From the NCBI RefSeq assembly GCF_004359545.1, contig NZ_SCWB01000019.1, forward strand, positions 1 through 24,000: a DNA stretch of 24,000 bases, read 5' to 3'. Numbering within the stretch: the first letter of the stretch is position 1; each line of letters opens with the position of its first letter. This DNA comes from Macrococcus lamae. GTDB taxonomy: Bacteria > Bacillota > Bacilli > Staphylococcales > Staphylococcaceae. A program made the position numbers and the translations under genes. Below are positions 1 to 7,615 of this stretch, in pieces. The notes beneath the pieces were generated by a model. That model was not told the origin of the DNA. It searched no databases and worked only from the letters and a program-made list of their open reading frames with translations.

Positions 1-26
1 ACTCCTTCTCGTATATCTTTTCTCAT
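1..26 (-). CDS. 5' end of a CDS running off the left edge (N-terminus MRKDIREG...)
   Basis: On the minus strand, AAGGAGG is followed about 6 nt later by ATG (complement of 24-26). The frame is open to the window edge. Confidence 0.5.
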
Positions 27-54
27 GAAATCCTCCTTGAAAGCATGAGAAAAG
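17..54 (-). promoter_or_regulatory. Inverted repeat enclosing Shine-Dalgarno and start codon of the leftmost gene
   Basis: Perfect 11-bp arms CTTTTCTCATG (17-27) and CATGAGAAAAG (44-54). The 16-nt loop carries the SD sequence. Confidence 0.5.
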
Positions 55-62
55 CATACTAA

Positions 63-110
63 AAAATGTAGGAAAACCAACAATTTTAAATTGCCGTTTT
101 CCTACATTTT
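63..110 (-). terminator. Rho-independent-like terminator downstream of the 192-666 ORFs
   Basis: Perfect 14-bp arms AAAATGTAGGAAAA / TTTTCCTACATTTT, with a T-run at the 3' side when read on the minus strand. Confidence 0.7.
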
Positions 111-191
111 AGTTTTGCCATTAACATGCTGAGAGTATTTATAACATATTCAGTTTTCATAGTTTTAAATTATTATCCTATCTACGCCCCT

Positions 192-443
192 TCAGTAATC
201 ATCCTCCCACTTCTTCATCAACTTTTTATCATAATAAGAAATTGCAAATAGTTTCTTATATTTATTAAAGTATATATAGCCATAACGGTAGCGATACGTC
301 TTAAAATCACTTTCCTCATCCCAGTCGGGCTGATCTTTCCGAGGCTCGCCCTCTAATTTTCGTATCGTCTTTGTGTCAAAATCTATCGTCATGTCCAGTT
401 GATTGTAGTCAAATGCAACAGTATAAGGTCTTTCTTCTTTCAT
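192..443 (-). CDS. Hypothetical protein; possibly the C-terminal part of a frameshifted gene with 448..666
   Basis: 83-aa ORF starting 4 nt beyond the stop of the upstream ORF, in a different frame. Confidence 0.4.
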   Translation of the reverse strand: MKEERPYTVAFDYNQLDMTIDFDTKTIRKLEGEPRKDQPDWDEESDFKTYRYRYGYIYFNKYKKLFAISYYDKKLMKKWEDDY

Positions 444-447
444 TTTT

Positions 448-666
448 CTATTCTGTCAAACGATAACGTACTGAATGACTCTTATTCCCATAGTCAGACC
501 CAAATGTTGTAGGATAATCCGTTGAAGGTTCTTTAACTGGGGGTTTCCCTATCTGTTTAAGCACTTCTTTATATGTGGAGCCATATTTGATTCCGTTATA
601 GTTAAACGTTCCTTCTTTCATCTGTTCAATAATTTGTTTGTCTGTGATATCTGGTAATTTCAGCAC
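448..666 (-). CDS. Hypothetical protein, signal-peptide-less relative of the N-terminal part of the 4777..5340 product
   Basis: LPDITDKQIIEQMKEGTFNYNGIKYGSTYKEVLKQIGKP resembles LPNLKSEKTITAMKKGTKTFNGVKLGDTVTTAKAKWGKP. GTG start with a GGAGAG SD-like sequence. Confidence 0.5.
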   Translation of the reverse strand: MLKLPDITDKQIIEQMKEGTFNYNGIKYGSTYKEVLKQIGKPPVKEPSTDYPTTFGSDYGNKSHSVRYRLTE

Positions 667-821
667 TGTGATCTCTCCTTTATCTAGATGCTATGTTAAT
701 TATCATTTTACAGTAATTAGTGATATTAGTAGATATTTTTAATAGAAATGATGTTTGGTCTTGCTTTCAATTTAATATTTAGAGACATTTTCTAGTACAA
801 TAATCTTAAGGGAGGTCTACC

Positions 822-2900
822 ATGAACTCAATTCAAGAACGCGCTACACAAATTTTAAAAGATACCTACGGCGAGGCAAGTGAATTCCGCGAGGGTCAGC
901 TTGAAGCGATTACGGCGGTGGTGAATAAAGAGAAGACGCTGGTGATTCAGAAGACGGGCTGGGGTAAGTCGATTGTGTATTTCATTGCGACTAAGATTCT
1001 GCGCGAGCGTGGTGCGGGGCCGACGATTATTATCAGTCCGCTTCTTGCACTGATGCACAATCAGATTGAAGCGGCTGAAAAGCTCGGTCTTAATGTGGTG
1101 ACGATTAACAGTAACAATCGTGATGACTGGGAGGCAATCTATGCATCGTTCCATACGGTTGATGCGATTATTGTCTCACCTGAAAAGCTGTCGAATACGG
1201 AGTTCATTGACAAGCTCTCGACCGTTTCTGATATTGAGATGGTGGTCGTCGATGAGGCGCATTCGATTTCTGACTGGGGTCACGATTTCAGGCCGGATTA
1301 TCAGCGTATTGTCTACTTATTAAAGAGCTTCCCCGACCACATCGCGATTCTCGGCACGACGGCGACGGCCAATGACCGGGTGATTCAGGATATTAAGGAT
1401 CAGTTAGGCGATTTGAATGTCTTCCGTGGTGACTTGATCCGTGATAATATTTCCATCCAGGTCAATCCATCACAGAGTAAGGTTGAGCGGCTGGCTTTTA
1501 TTACGGATGCTTTGACGCGTCATCCTTTCTTGAGTGAGAATCAAGGGATTATTTATTGTTTAACAAAGAAGGAATGTGATTCTGTTACGGATTTTCTTAT
1601 TCAGAACGGCATTTCAGCTGCAAGATATTATTCCGGGGTACAAAATGAGTTCAGCGAGGATATTTCCGAGGCAATGCTGAACGACTTCCATACAGGTGCG
1701 ACGCGTGTGATTGTCTCGACGGTCAAGCTCGGCATGGGTTATGATAAGTCGGATATCGGCTTTGTCATTCATTTTCAACTGCCGCAGAACTTGATTGCCT
1801 ACTACCAGCAGATTGGTCGTGCGGGACGGGATGGTTCGTCGGCACTTGCGATTTTGCTGCACGGTGATGAGGACGAGGAGATCATCAAGTCATTCATTGA
1901 CAGTGCGAACAAGGATCCGGAACTGCTGCAGCAGATTCTAGAAATTATCGGCGACAGCAAGGATGGACTGAAACGTAACGAGATTCTGCAGCATTTTAAT
2001 TTAAGTGTCACTAAGCTCAGTGCCGTGCTGAAGTATCTCTTTGTCCATAACTATATTTATATGGAGAAGAACAAGTATTATCTTAATCCGAAGCAGCCAT
2101 TTGACGCGGCCCGAAATGCTCATGTACAGCAGCAGTTGAACATGACAAGGCTTGCTGAGCTGGATAATCTGAAACGATTTATCAGTTATGACGGCTGCTA
2201 TATGAAGTTTATCGCTGATGAACTGGACGCACCGGATGTGAAAGAGCGCTGCGGAATCTGTGTGCACTGCAGAGGAAGACAATTTGTGACGCTGTCAGAG
2301 GATAATCCTTATCTCGAGCCGGCTAAAGACTATAAAAATAAGCTGCACGGTGTGATTGCCCCACGCAAACGCTGGTCGAATAACAAGAAGATTGACGACA
2401 ATTTGCAGTTTCGAGAAGGCTGGACATATACTGTTGACCCTTACTCACCGATCGGCAGGCGGTTTATGCTAGAGCGTGAGCAAGGACATTTCTCAGACAA
2501 GACAGTCACAACCATCAGTCAGTTTTTGAAAGAGCATATTGAAGCGAATGATATTGATGTGATTGTCGGAGTACCGAGCATGCGAAGACCGGATCTTATC
2601 AGCGATCTTGCAAAAAAGATAGCAGATCAGCATGGCATCCAGTACGACGAAGAAGCCCTCTTGAAAACAGCTAAAGGTGTATCGCAGAGAGACATGCACA
2701 ACTCGATGATGCAGGAACAGAACGTGCGGGATTATCTTAAAGTTAACCAGGCGGAATTTATCCAAGAGAAGAACGTTCTACTGATTGATGACCTCGTCGA
2801 TTCACGATGGACGATGACCGTTGCTGCCAGTCTGCTGCTGGAACAAGGTGCAGCTCATGTTTATCCATTCGCATTGGTGAATACGGGAAGTAGTGACTAG
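822..2900 (+). CDS. RecQ-like ATP-dependent DNA helicase with C-terminal phosphoribosyltransferase-like domain
   Basis: Walker A QKTGWGKS, DEAH box DEAHSISDWGHDFRPDYQRI, motif VI QQIGRAGRDG, RecQ Zn-binding cysteines CYMKF...CGICVHC. The C-terminus has the PRPP-like motif VLLIDDLVDSRWTMTVAA. SD sequence GGGAGG. Confidence 0.92.
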   Translation: MNSIQERATQILKDTYGEASEFREGQLEAITAVVNKEKTLVIQKTGWGKSIVYFIATKILRERGAGPTIIISPLLALMHNQIEAAEKLGLNVVTINSNNRDDWEAIYASFHTVDAIIVSPEKLSNTEFIDKLSTVSDIEMVVVDEAHSISDWGHDFRPDYQRIVYLLKSFPDHIAILGTTATANDRVIQDIKDQLGDLNVFRGDLIRDNISIQVNPSQSKVERLAFITDALTRHPFLSENQGIIYCLTKKECDSVTDFLIQNGISAARYYSGVQNEFSEDISEAMLNDFHTGATRVIVSTVKLGMGYDKSDIGFVIHFQLPQNLIAYYQQIGRAGRDGSSALAILLHGDEDEEIIKSFIDSANKDPELLQQILEIIGDSKDGLKRNEILQHFNLSVTKLSAVLKYLFVHNYIYMEKNKYYLNPKQPFDAARNAHVQQQLNMTRLAELDNLKRFISYDGCYMKFIADELDAPDVKERCGICVHCRGRQFVTLSEDNPYLEPAKDYKNKLHGVIAPRKRWSNNKKIDDNLQFREGWTYTVDPYSPIGRRFMLEREQGHFSDKTVTTISQFLKEHIEANDIDVIVGVPSMRRPDLISDLAKKIADQHGIQYDEEALLKTAKGVSQRDMHNSMMQEQNVRDYLKVNQAEFIQEKNVLLIDDLVDSRWTMTVAASLLLEQGAAHVYPFALVNTGSSD

Positions 2901-2933
2901 AATTTATCTTTATAAAAGAAAATGGATCAGAAA

Positions 2934-2977
2934 ATATGAGACTTTCACTGTTGAAAAATAACGTGAAAGTCTCATAT
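2934..2977. terminator. Long perfect inverted repeat in the convergent intergenic region
   Basis: ATATGAGACTTTCAC / GTGAAAGTCTCATAT, 15-bp arms around a 14-nt loop. It lies between convergent genes and has no clean T-tract. Confidence 0.5.
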
Positions 2978-3041
2978 TATCGTTTTATGGGACTTTCAAC
3001 CGCAAATCCTCTTCTCAATGTCCCATATAATATAAAAACCA

Positions 3042-3299
3042 TCACAGAATGTTCCAGTCAATATTATCGACATTGGTAAAACCTGAGCCATCTTTCTCTC
3101 TCATTCTCACCGTCTTTAAAGTACCCGATGTTTCTAAATACATTGTTTCCTGTATGCTATTCCAATAATCAAGACTAACGATGACAGCACTATCTTCTTT
3201 TTTTGTTCCATTAATAATTATGGGTTGATAGGTATTATTCACTTGTTTTAAAACTTCATAGAAATTTTCACGTACTTTATCAGGTGTCATAATATCCAT
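3042..3299 (-). CDS. Type II toxin-antitoxin system antitoxin, Phd/YefM family (orphan)
   Basis: ARENF-like N-terminus (VRENFYEVLKQVNNTYQPIIINGTKKEDSAVIVSLDYWNSIQETMYL) and C-terminus GSGFTNVDNIDW, typical of staphylococcal YefM/Axe antitoxins. Confidence 0.85.
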   Translation of the reverse strand: MDIMTPDKVRENFYEVLKQVNNTYQPIIINGTKKEDSAVIVSLDYWNSIQETMYLETSGTLKTVRMREKDGSGFTNVDNIDWNIL

Positions 3300-3405
3300 C
3301 TCTTCACCTCGAATACATAATAACGTGCGTAAAGATATATATGAAAAACAGCATTCATTTAATCATTTTATAAACAAGCTTTTATTATCAGTTATTAATT
3401 TCCCG

Positions 3406-3981
3406 TCACTGTTCATTACTTCTTTGATATGGATTCACACCCCACCGGTTCGTGTGCGGTTCTGACGGGGTCACCAGCATAATGAAGTACCAGATATATA
3501 TGCCAATGGTCACAAGAGCAACGAGGCCGAACAAGACCAGCAGGACAGTATCTGACATTGTCTCTGGTTCTGGTGTAGTACGAAACGTTGCGATGTTGAT
3601 GATGAAAACGATAACCATAAAGATAAAGGGCTGAACGATAGGTATGAGAGTATACCATCCTGATTTGCCGATATCATGCATTCTTCTGACTGCGACTGAT
3701 AAATCAGGCAGCAGCTTAGCCAGTGAGAACAATAATAAAAATCCATAAAACAGCGGTAAGATAAACATAATTGGCGGTAATTCACCTGGCTGAAGATCGG
3801 ACGAAGAAGAAATCAGAGCTAAGTATAACAGTACTGTAGTCACAATGCCTATGAGTGCATTGATCAGCACAGGCACCCAGTATTCCTTCCGTCTTGCTCT
3901 CCCCTGAAAGTCTACACCATTCCGCCAGTAGCTCTTATATGCCTGCCAAATGCTCATCGTGTGATCGTTCATCATAGCCAC
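3406..3981 (-). CDS. DUF805 family membrane protein
   Basis: FQGRARRKEYWVPVL, AVRRMHDIGKSGWYTLI and the C-terminal TPSEPHTNRWGVNPY are characteristic of DUF805. Four hydrophobic segments. Confidence 0.85.
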   Translation of the reverse strand: MAMMNDHTMSIWQAYKSYWRNGVDFQGRARRKEYWVPVLINALIGIVTTVLLYLALISSSSDLQPGELPPIMFILPLFYGFLLLFSLAKLLPDLSVAVRRMHDIGKSGWYTLIPIVQPFIFMVIVFIINIATFRTTPEPETMSDTVLLVLFGLVALVTIGIYIWYFIMLVTPSEPHTNRWGVNPYQRSNEQ

Positions 3982-3992
3982 CTCCTTTAATC

Positions 3993-4307
3993 CTACTTCT
4001 TATAAGTCCTGGATTTGAACAAGTAAATATTAAATCCAACTGCACCGAAAAATATTATTGCGAACAAGACATACAATCCCCAGTTCGGTCCGAAGTTATC
4101 AACTAAATATAATGCGATCATCAACGCTATCACAACATATAGAAATCTGCTCATTCCTTGGCATAGCTTCTTCTCGTCATATTGACTCTGCTTTTCTTTA
4201 CTCATCGTACTGTAGCCGGATATCAGCATGGCACCTTTGCCCATAGAGAACATGATGGCAAGCGGTACAAGAAAAAGGAGTATGATGATTAGAACAATTA
4301 AAGGCAC
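3993..4307 (-). CDS. DUF3784-like small membrane protein (copy 1)
   Basis: GKGAMLISGYSTMSKEKQSQYDEKKLCQGM matches the GKG...GYNTMSKEEK..YD.KKLC signature. Paralog at 17632..17946. GGAGGG SD. Confidence 0.8.
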   Translation of the reverse strand: MPLIVLIIILLFLVPLAIMFSMGKGAMLISGYSTMSKEKQSQYDEKKLCQGMSRFLYVVIALMIALYLVDNFGPNWGLYVLFAIIFFGAVGFNIYLFKSRTYKK

Positions 4308-4429
4308 GTTGATCCCTCCGATGTTTAGTATATTCTCTTTAATTTTATCTTATTTTCCAGATTTGTGTATTTTAATTTTCAGAAAACTGCTATGATTTAT
4401 TCAATCTACAATTACAGGAGGATTTTATC

Positions 4430-4528
4430 ATGTTATTATTCGTCTCACCCATCGGTCTATTAATTAACCTATTAGTGCTTGCGCTCATCGTGTTTGCCAT
4501 TCTTGCCTTACGCAAAAAGTTTCTATAG
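4430..4528 (+). CDS. Unannotated 32-aa single-pass membrane peptide MLLFVSPIGLLINLLVLALIVFAILALRKKFL
   Basis: Strong SD AGGAGG 8 nt upstream of ATG, extended -10 TGC-TATGAT at 4388-4396, one TM helix followed by RKK, terminator hairpin just downstream. Confidence 0.65.
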   Translation: MLLFVSPIGLLINLLVLALIVFAILALRKKFL

Positions 4529-4549
4529 AAGAAGTTTAGTTTTCCATAA

Positions 4550-4580
4550 AAAACCACTTATCATAGCGATAAGTGGTTTT
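4550..4580. terminator. Bidirectional Rho-independent terminator
   Basis: AAAACCACTTATC-ATAGC-GATAAGTGGTTTT. Confidence 0.9.
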
Positions 4581-4585
4581 CATAA

Positions 4586-4657
4586 TGCACCCTGACGGAT
4601 TCGAACCGCCGACCCCTTGCTTGTCGAGCAAGTATTCTCCCGCTGAACTAAGAGTGC
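4586..4657 (-). tRNA. tRNA-like gene, anticodon GAC (Val by code), atypical C33, no encoded CCA
   Basis: GCACTCT-TA-GTTC-AGCGGGA-GAAT-A-CTTGC-TCGACAA-GCAAG-GGGTC-GGCGG-TTCGAAT-CCGTC-AGGGTGC-A. All four stems pair, using G-U in the acceptor, D and T stems. Confidence 0.8.
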
Positions 4658-4678
4658 GAATATAATGAATGTGAATTT

Positions 4679-4707
4679 ATTATAGCACTTCCTGAATCGT
4701 TCGCCAA
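4679..4707 (-). promoter_or_regulatory. Promoter of the tRNA-like gene
   Basis: Minus strand TTGGCG-N17-TATAAT with TGC extended -10, ending 21 nt upstream of the tRNA 5' end. Confidence 0.8.
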
Positions 4708-4776
4708 TACTCCTGGAAGAAAATCTTATGAGCATCTTTCATAATAAAAGAAATCACCGAAGTGATTTCTTCATCA

Positions 4777-5340
4777 TTACTTGGAAAATGCTTTCTTAAT
4801 TGCAGTGATCGTCGCTTTATCAGCGTATTTATAACCCATGAACGCACCGTCGTTTTCGTCATAGACTAAGATAGTCTGACCGTAAATATAGTTTTCTGTT
4901 TCTCCACTGATATAAGTGAAATCTGCTTTCTTCCAGTAGCGCAGCATGTCCTTGTATTTGAAGTTCAAGCTTGATCCGCTGTACTCAATGTAATTCAGTT
5001 TGTAGTTCGCTTTTGTGACACCGCGTTTTCCTGTGAAGTAGATTTCGTGTGTATCATAATCATCATCTGTCTCGATATCGTAAGTCAGCCCATAATCATA
5101 GTATTTATTGATGCTCGTATATGCATATGCTGGTTTGCCCCATTTAGCTTTAGCCGTTGTAACAGTATCGCCGAGTTTTACTCCATTGAAGGTCTTTGTC
5201 CCTTTTTTCATCGCAGTGATGGTCTTCTCAGATTTCAAGTTCGGAAGTCCCGGCGCTTTACTTGCCGCTTCAGCAGGCAGTGTCAGTGCCAGCAGCATCA
5301 TCAGCATTACTATAATTGCAGTTAACTTTTTCATTGTCAT
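4777..5340 (-). CDS. Secreted protein of unknown function with N-terminal signal peptide
   Basis: MKKLTAIIVMLMMLLALTLPAEAA signal peptide followed by a mature domain rich in Y, K and D. Confidence 0.8.
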   Translation of the reverse strand: MTMKKLTAIIVMLMMLLALTLPAEAASKAPGLPNLKSEKTITAMKKGTKTFNGVKLGDTVTTAKAKWGKPAYAYTSINKYYDYGLTYDIETDDDYDTHEIYFTGKRGVTKANYKLNYIEYSGSSLNFKYKDMLRYWKKADFTYISGETENYIYGQTILVYDENDGAFMGYKYADKATITAIKKAFSK

Positions 5341-5421
5341 TCCCCTTTACCGTTAATAACTCTAGTATAAAAGGAATTAATGTAAAATAAAATGTTTAAT
5401 TGAAATATTTTGTAAATAAAT

Positions 5422-5456
5422 AATTGCATCAAACGGACTTGTGGTTTGATGCAATT
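5422..5456 (-). terminator. Terminator downstream of the 5459..6025 gene
   Basis: AATTGCATCAAAC-GGACTTGTG-GTTTGATGCAATT. Confidence 0.75.
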
Positions 5457-5458
5457 AT

Positions 5459-6025
5459 CTAATTCTTAGTAGTTCCTACTGTCTCAAGAAACGTCGCAAT
5501 TTGTCGAGGTGTCCTCAATATAATCACTTTTTTGCTCGACTCGACTGTCTCCAGCATCTTCATGATTCCTGGCCGTTTGTCACGCGGGAAATTCCAGATC
5601 CAGCTCAGGAACTCGCGGTCAATTTTCTCGACACAGCCTTCTGCCATATCCGGTCGAACTTGATTTCGATGCGTCAAGTAGCGCTTGATGGCCTGATAGA
5701 CTGTGATACGCCGGTTAATGTCGAGAAAGATAATCGTGTCGGCGCGCGCTATCCGCACGTCAAATGTACTTGAATAGTTACCGTCGATGATCCATTTGTC
5801 GTCTTGCAGGAGCTGCTGCTGAATGACCCGCTGCTCTTCCTTAGTCGTTATGTTCCAGTTCGGTTTCCACATATGGGCGTCCAGATGAATGACTGGAATC
5901 TCTAAGCGGCGCCCCAGCGTTCTCGCGAGTGTGGATTTCCCTGACCCACCTGAACCGATAATCATGATTCGTTCCATCATATCCCTCCTCATCACATGTC
6001 GGAATATTATAACACAAAAAAACAC
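5459..6025 (-). CDS. P-loop kinase, adenylate kinase-like / DNA topology modulation protein (FlaR) family
   Basis: MERIMIIGSGGSGKSTLARTLGRRLEIPVIHLDAHMWKPNW...W.IDGNYSSTFDVRIARADTIIFLD. Confidence 0.8.
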   Translation of the reverse strand: MFFCVIIFRHVMRRDMMERIMIIGSGGSGKSTLARTLGRRLEIPVIHLDAHMWKPNWNITTKEEQRVIQQQLLQDDKWIIDGNYSSTFDVRIARADTIIFLDINRRITVYQAIKRYLTHRNQVRPDMAEGCVEKIDREFLSWIWNFPRDKRPGIMKMLETVESSKKVIILRTPRQIATFLETVGTTKN

Positions 6026-6041
6026 AGGAGAATCTCCTGTG
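6023..6041 (-). terminator. Terminator hairpin downstream of the MBL hydrolase gene
   Basis: CACAGGAGA/TCTCCTGTG preceded by an A-run on the plus strand. It overlaps the start of the next ORF by 3 nt. Confidence 0.6.
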
Positions 6042-6050
6042 CTGAGAAAT

Positions 6051-6971
6051 TTAGCGGTTCATCCGTCTGACGTAACGCCCATCTTTCGGGATTGCCATGA
6101 TATCAAAGTTTTCTGCAAGATAATCAAGGTGATGCTCCAAATATTCACCGACGATTTCCTTGCCATGCCCAGTGACTGCAACACGTGGCTTCAGTGCTGC
6201 AAGTCGTCTCACTGATTCTCGTGCAGAGACCCAGTCTGGTGTGAAATATTTCGGCGGACCGTTTAACTCTTCTGTCTGCAGAAATACTTTACGCAGCGAT
6301 TCCTGCTTTACATTGACGAACGCATCGCCTGCAATCAGAACGCGGTCAGCTGGTCTGAAGAATGACACATGACCTGGCGTATGACCAGGTGTATGAATCC
6401 ACTGGAATCCCGGCATAAAAGGCACAGTGCCATCTTCAGGAAGTGCATAGACGTTGTCCTGCAGATTGATCGGCCGCTTCGGAAACATGAATGACATCCG
6501 GGCAGCAAGTCCACCGCCGACACTCGGATCCGGAGACTCATAGTATTCCTTGCCTGTCAGAAACGGAATCTCACGAGGATGTGCGATGACCGGTACTTGC
6601 CAGTCATGAACAAGTTCAATGATAGAGCCGACATGATCAAAGTGACCATGTGTCAATATGATGGCTTTCGGTCTCGCGCCTTTTCCGTAAATATCTTCTG
6701 CTGCCATCTTAATCTGCGTAGCACTGTTCGGAAGACCTCCGTCAACAAGTACAAATTCCTTCGATGACGGATGTCCTACAAAATAGACATTAGCAATTTG
6801 AGTCGTATGGCTGAACAAGTCAGGAAGCACTTGTTTCGTACGTCCGCTTGAAAGTGAAGTGACTGGAATAGATTTGTAATCTTTACCGTATTGCATAGGT
6901 TGTTTCATATAGCTTTCCCCCTTCTGAAATGTCGCTCTTTCATTATTCCCAATAAATTCAGAATTAATCAC
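6051..6971 (-). CDS. MBL fold metallo-hydrolase
   Basis: Metal-binding motif THGHFDHVGS, with FHTPGHTPGHVSFF-like WIHTPGHTPGHVSFF and GDAF. Confidence 0.9.
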   Translation of the reverse strand: MINSEFIGNNERATFQKGESYMKQPMQYGKDYKSIPVTSLSSGRTKQVLPDLFSHTTQIANVYFVGHPSSKEFVLVDGGLPNSATQIKMAAEDIYGKGARPKAIILTHGHFDHVGSIIELVHDWQVPVIAHPREIPFLTGKEYYESPDPSVGGGLAARMSFMFPKRPINLQDNVYALPEDGTVPFMPGFQWIHTPGHTPGHVSFFRPADRVLIAGDAFVNVKQESLRKVFLQTEELNGPPKYFTPDWVSARESVRRLAALKPRVAVTGHGKEIVGEYLEHHLDYLAENFDIMAIPKDGRYVRRMNR

Positions 6972-6984
6972 AGGCCGACACTCA

Positions 6985-7542
6985 TTATTTACCAGGGTAA
7001 TGAATGACTATATTCAGACGTGTCAATTGATTGCCGGGGTTATGATAGGTATGATGAACGTCTGCATGAAATGATATCGATTCTTCCGCTGCCAGATGAA
7101 ACCGCTCCTCACCGATCATCAGTTCCAGTGCTCCGTCATAGACAGTGATATACTCTGTTGTCCCTGGTCTATGAGGTTTAGCAGCGAAGTATCCTCCTGC
7201 TTCAATTTCTATCATATCTATTTCAACCGGCTTTTTCTGGTCATACGAAAAATACGGATAAACACGATACTTCCCTTCGTCCATCTGCACTTCCTTGAGT
7301 TCTGTTTTCTTCCTGATAGTAATACCTTCTTCAGGCTCACGAATCAGTTCAGTGAATGGAATCTTCAGACCGTTTACAATCTTCCACAATGTCGTGATGG
7401 TAGGAATCGATTCCTGACGTTCAATCTGACCGAGCATCGTCTTACTCACTCCTGTTAGATGAGAGACATTACCGAGCGTCAACTGATGGGCATTACGGTA
7501 AGCTTTTAAGTTAATCGCCACTATTTCATGGATCTCTTTCAT
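6985..7542 (-). CDS. XRE-family transcriptional regulator with C-terminal cupin domain
   Basis: N-terminal HTH LGNVSHLTGVSKTMLGQIERQESIPTITTLWKI. C-terminal cupin HRPGTTEYITVYDGALELMIGEERFHL...H.YHN. Confidence 0.9.
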   Translation of the reverse strand: MKEIHEIVAINLKAYRNAHQLTLGNVSHLTGVSKTMLGQIERQESIPTITTLWKIVNGLKIPFTELIREPEEGITIRKKTELKEVQMDEGKYRVYPYFSYDQKKPVEIDMIEIEAGGYFAAKPHRPGTTEYITVYDGALELMIGEERFHLAAEESISFHADVHHTYHNPGNQLTRLNIVIHYPGK

Positions 7543-7564
7543 GACAAATCATCCTCCTTAAAAA

Positions 7565-7598
7565 ACAGGCGATCTACTAAGATCGCCTGATCGCCTGT
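7565..7598. terminator. Terminator region with two mutually exclusive hairpins between glmS and the XRE gene
   Basis: ACAGGCGATC-TACTAA-GATCGCCTG-ATCGCCTGT flanked by A and T runs. Confidence 0.75.
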
Positions 7599-7615
7599 TT
7601 TATGTTATCTATCAA

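Noticed and set aside
855-2765. Minus-strand and alternate-frame ORFs inside the RecQ-like genes (also 16006..17592)
   Set aside because: They are shadow ORFs of the strongly supported helicase frame. Similar shadows in both copies reflect the shared coding sequence.
2341-2900. C-terminal extension of RecQ copy 1 as a ComF/competence fusion
   Set aside because: The PRPP-like loop is also found in many PRTase-type domains. Nothing in the sequence specifically supports a competence role, so only a generic PRTase-like label is kept.
3416-3785. ORFs 3416..3658 (-), 3452..3634 (+) and 3510..3785 (-)
   Set aside because: They overlap the DUF805 gene in other frames. DUF805 motifs clearly identify the real frame.
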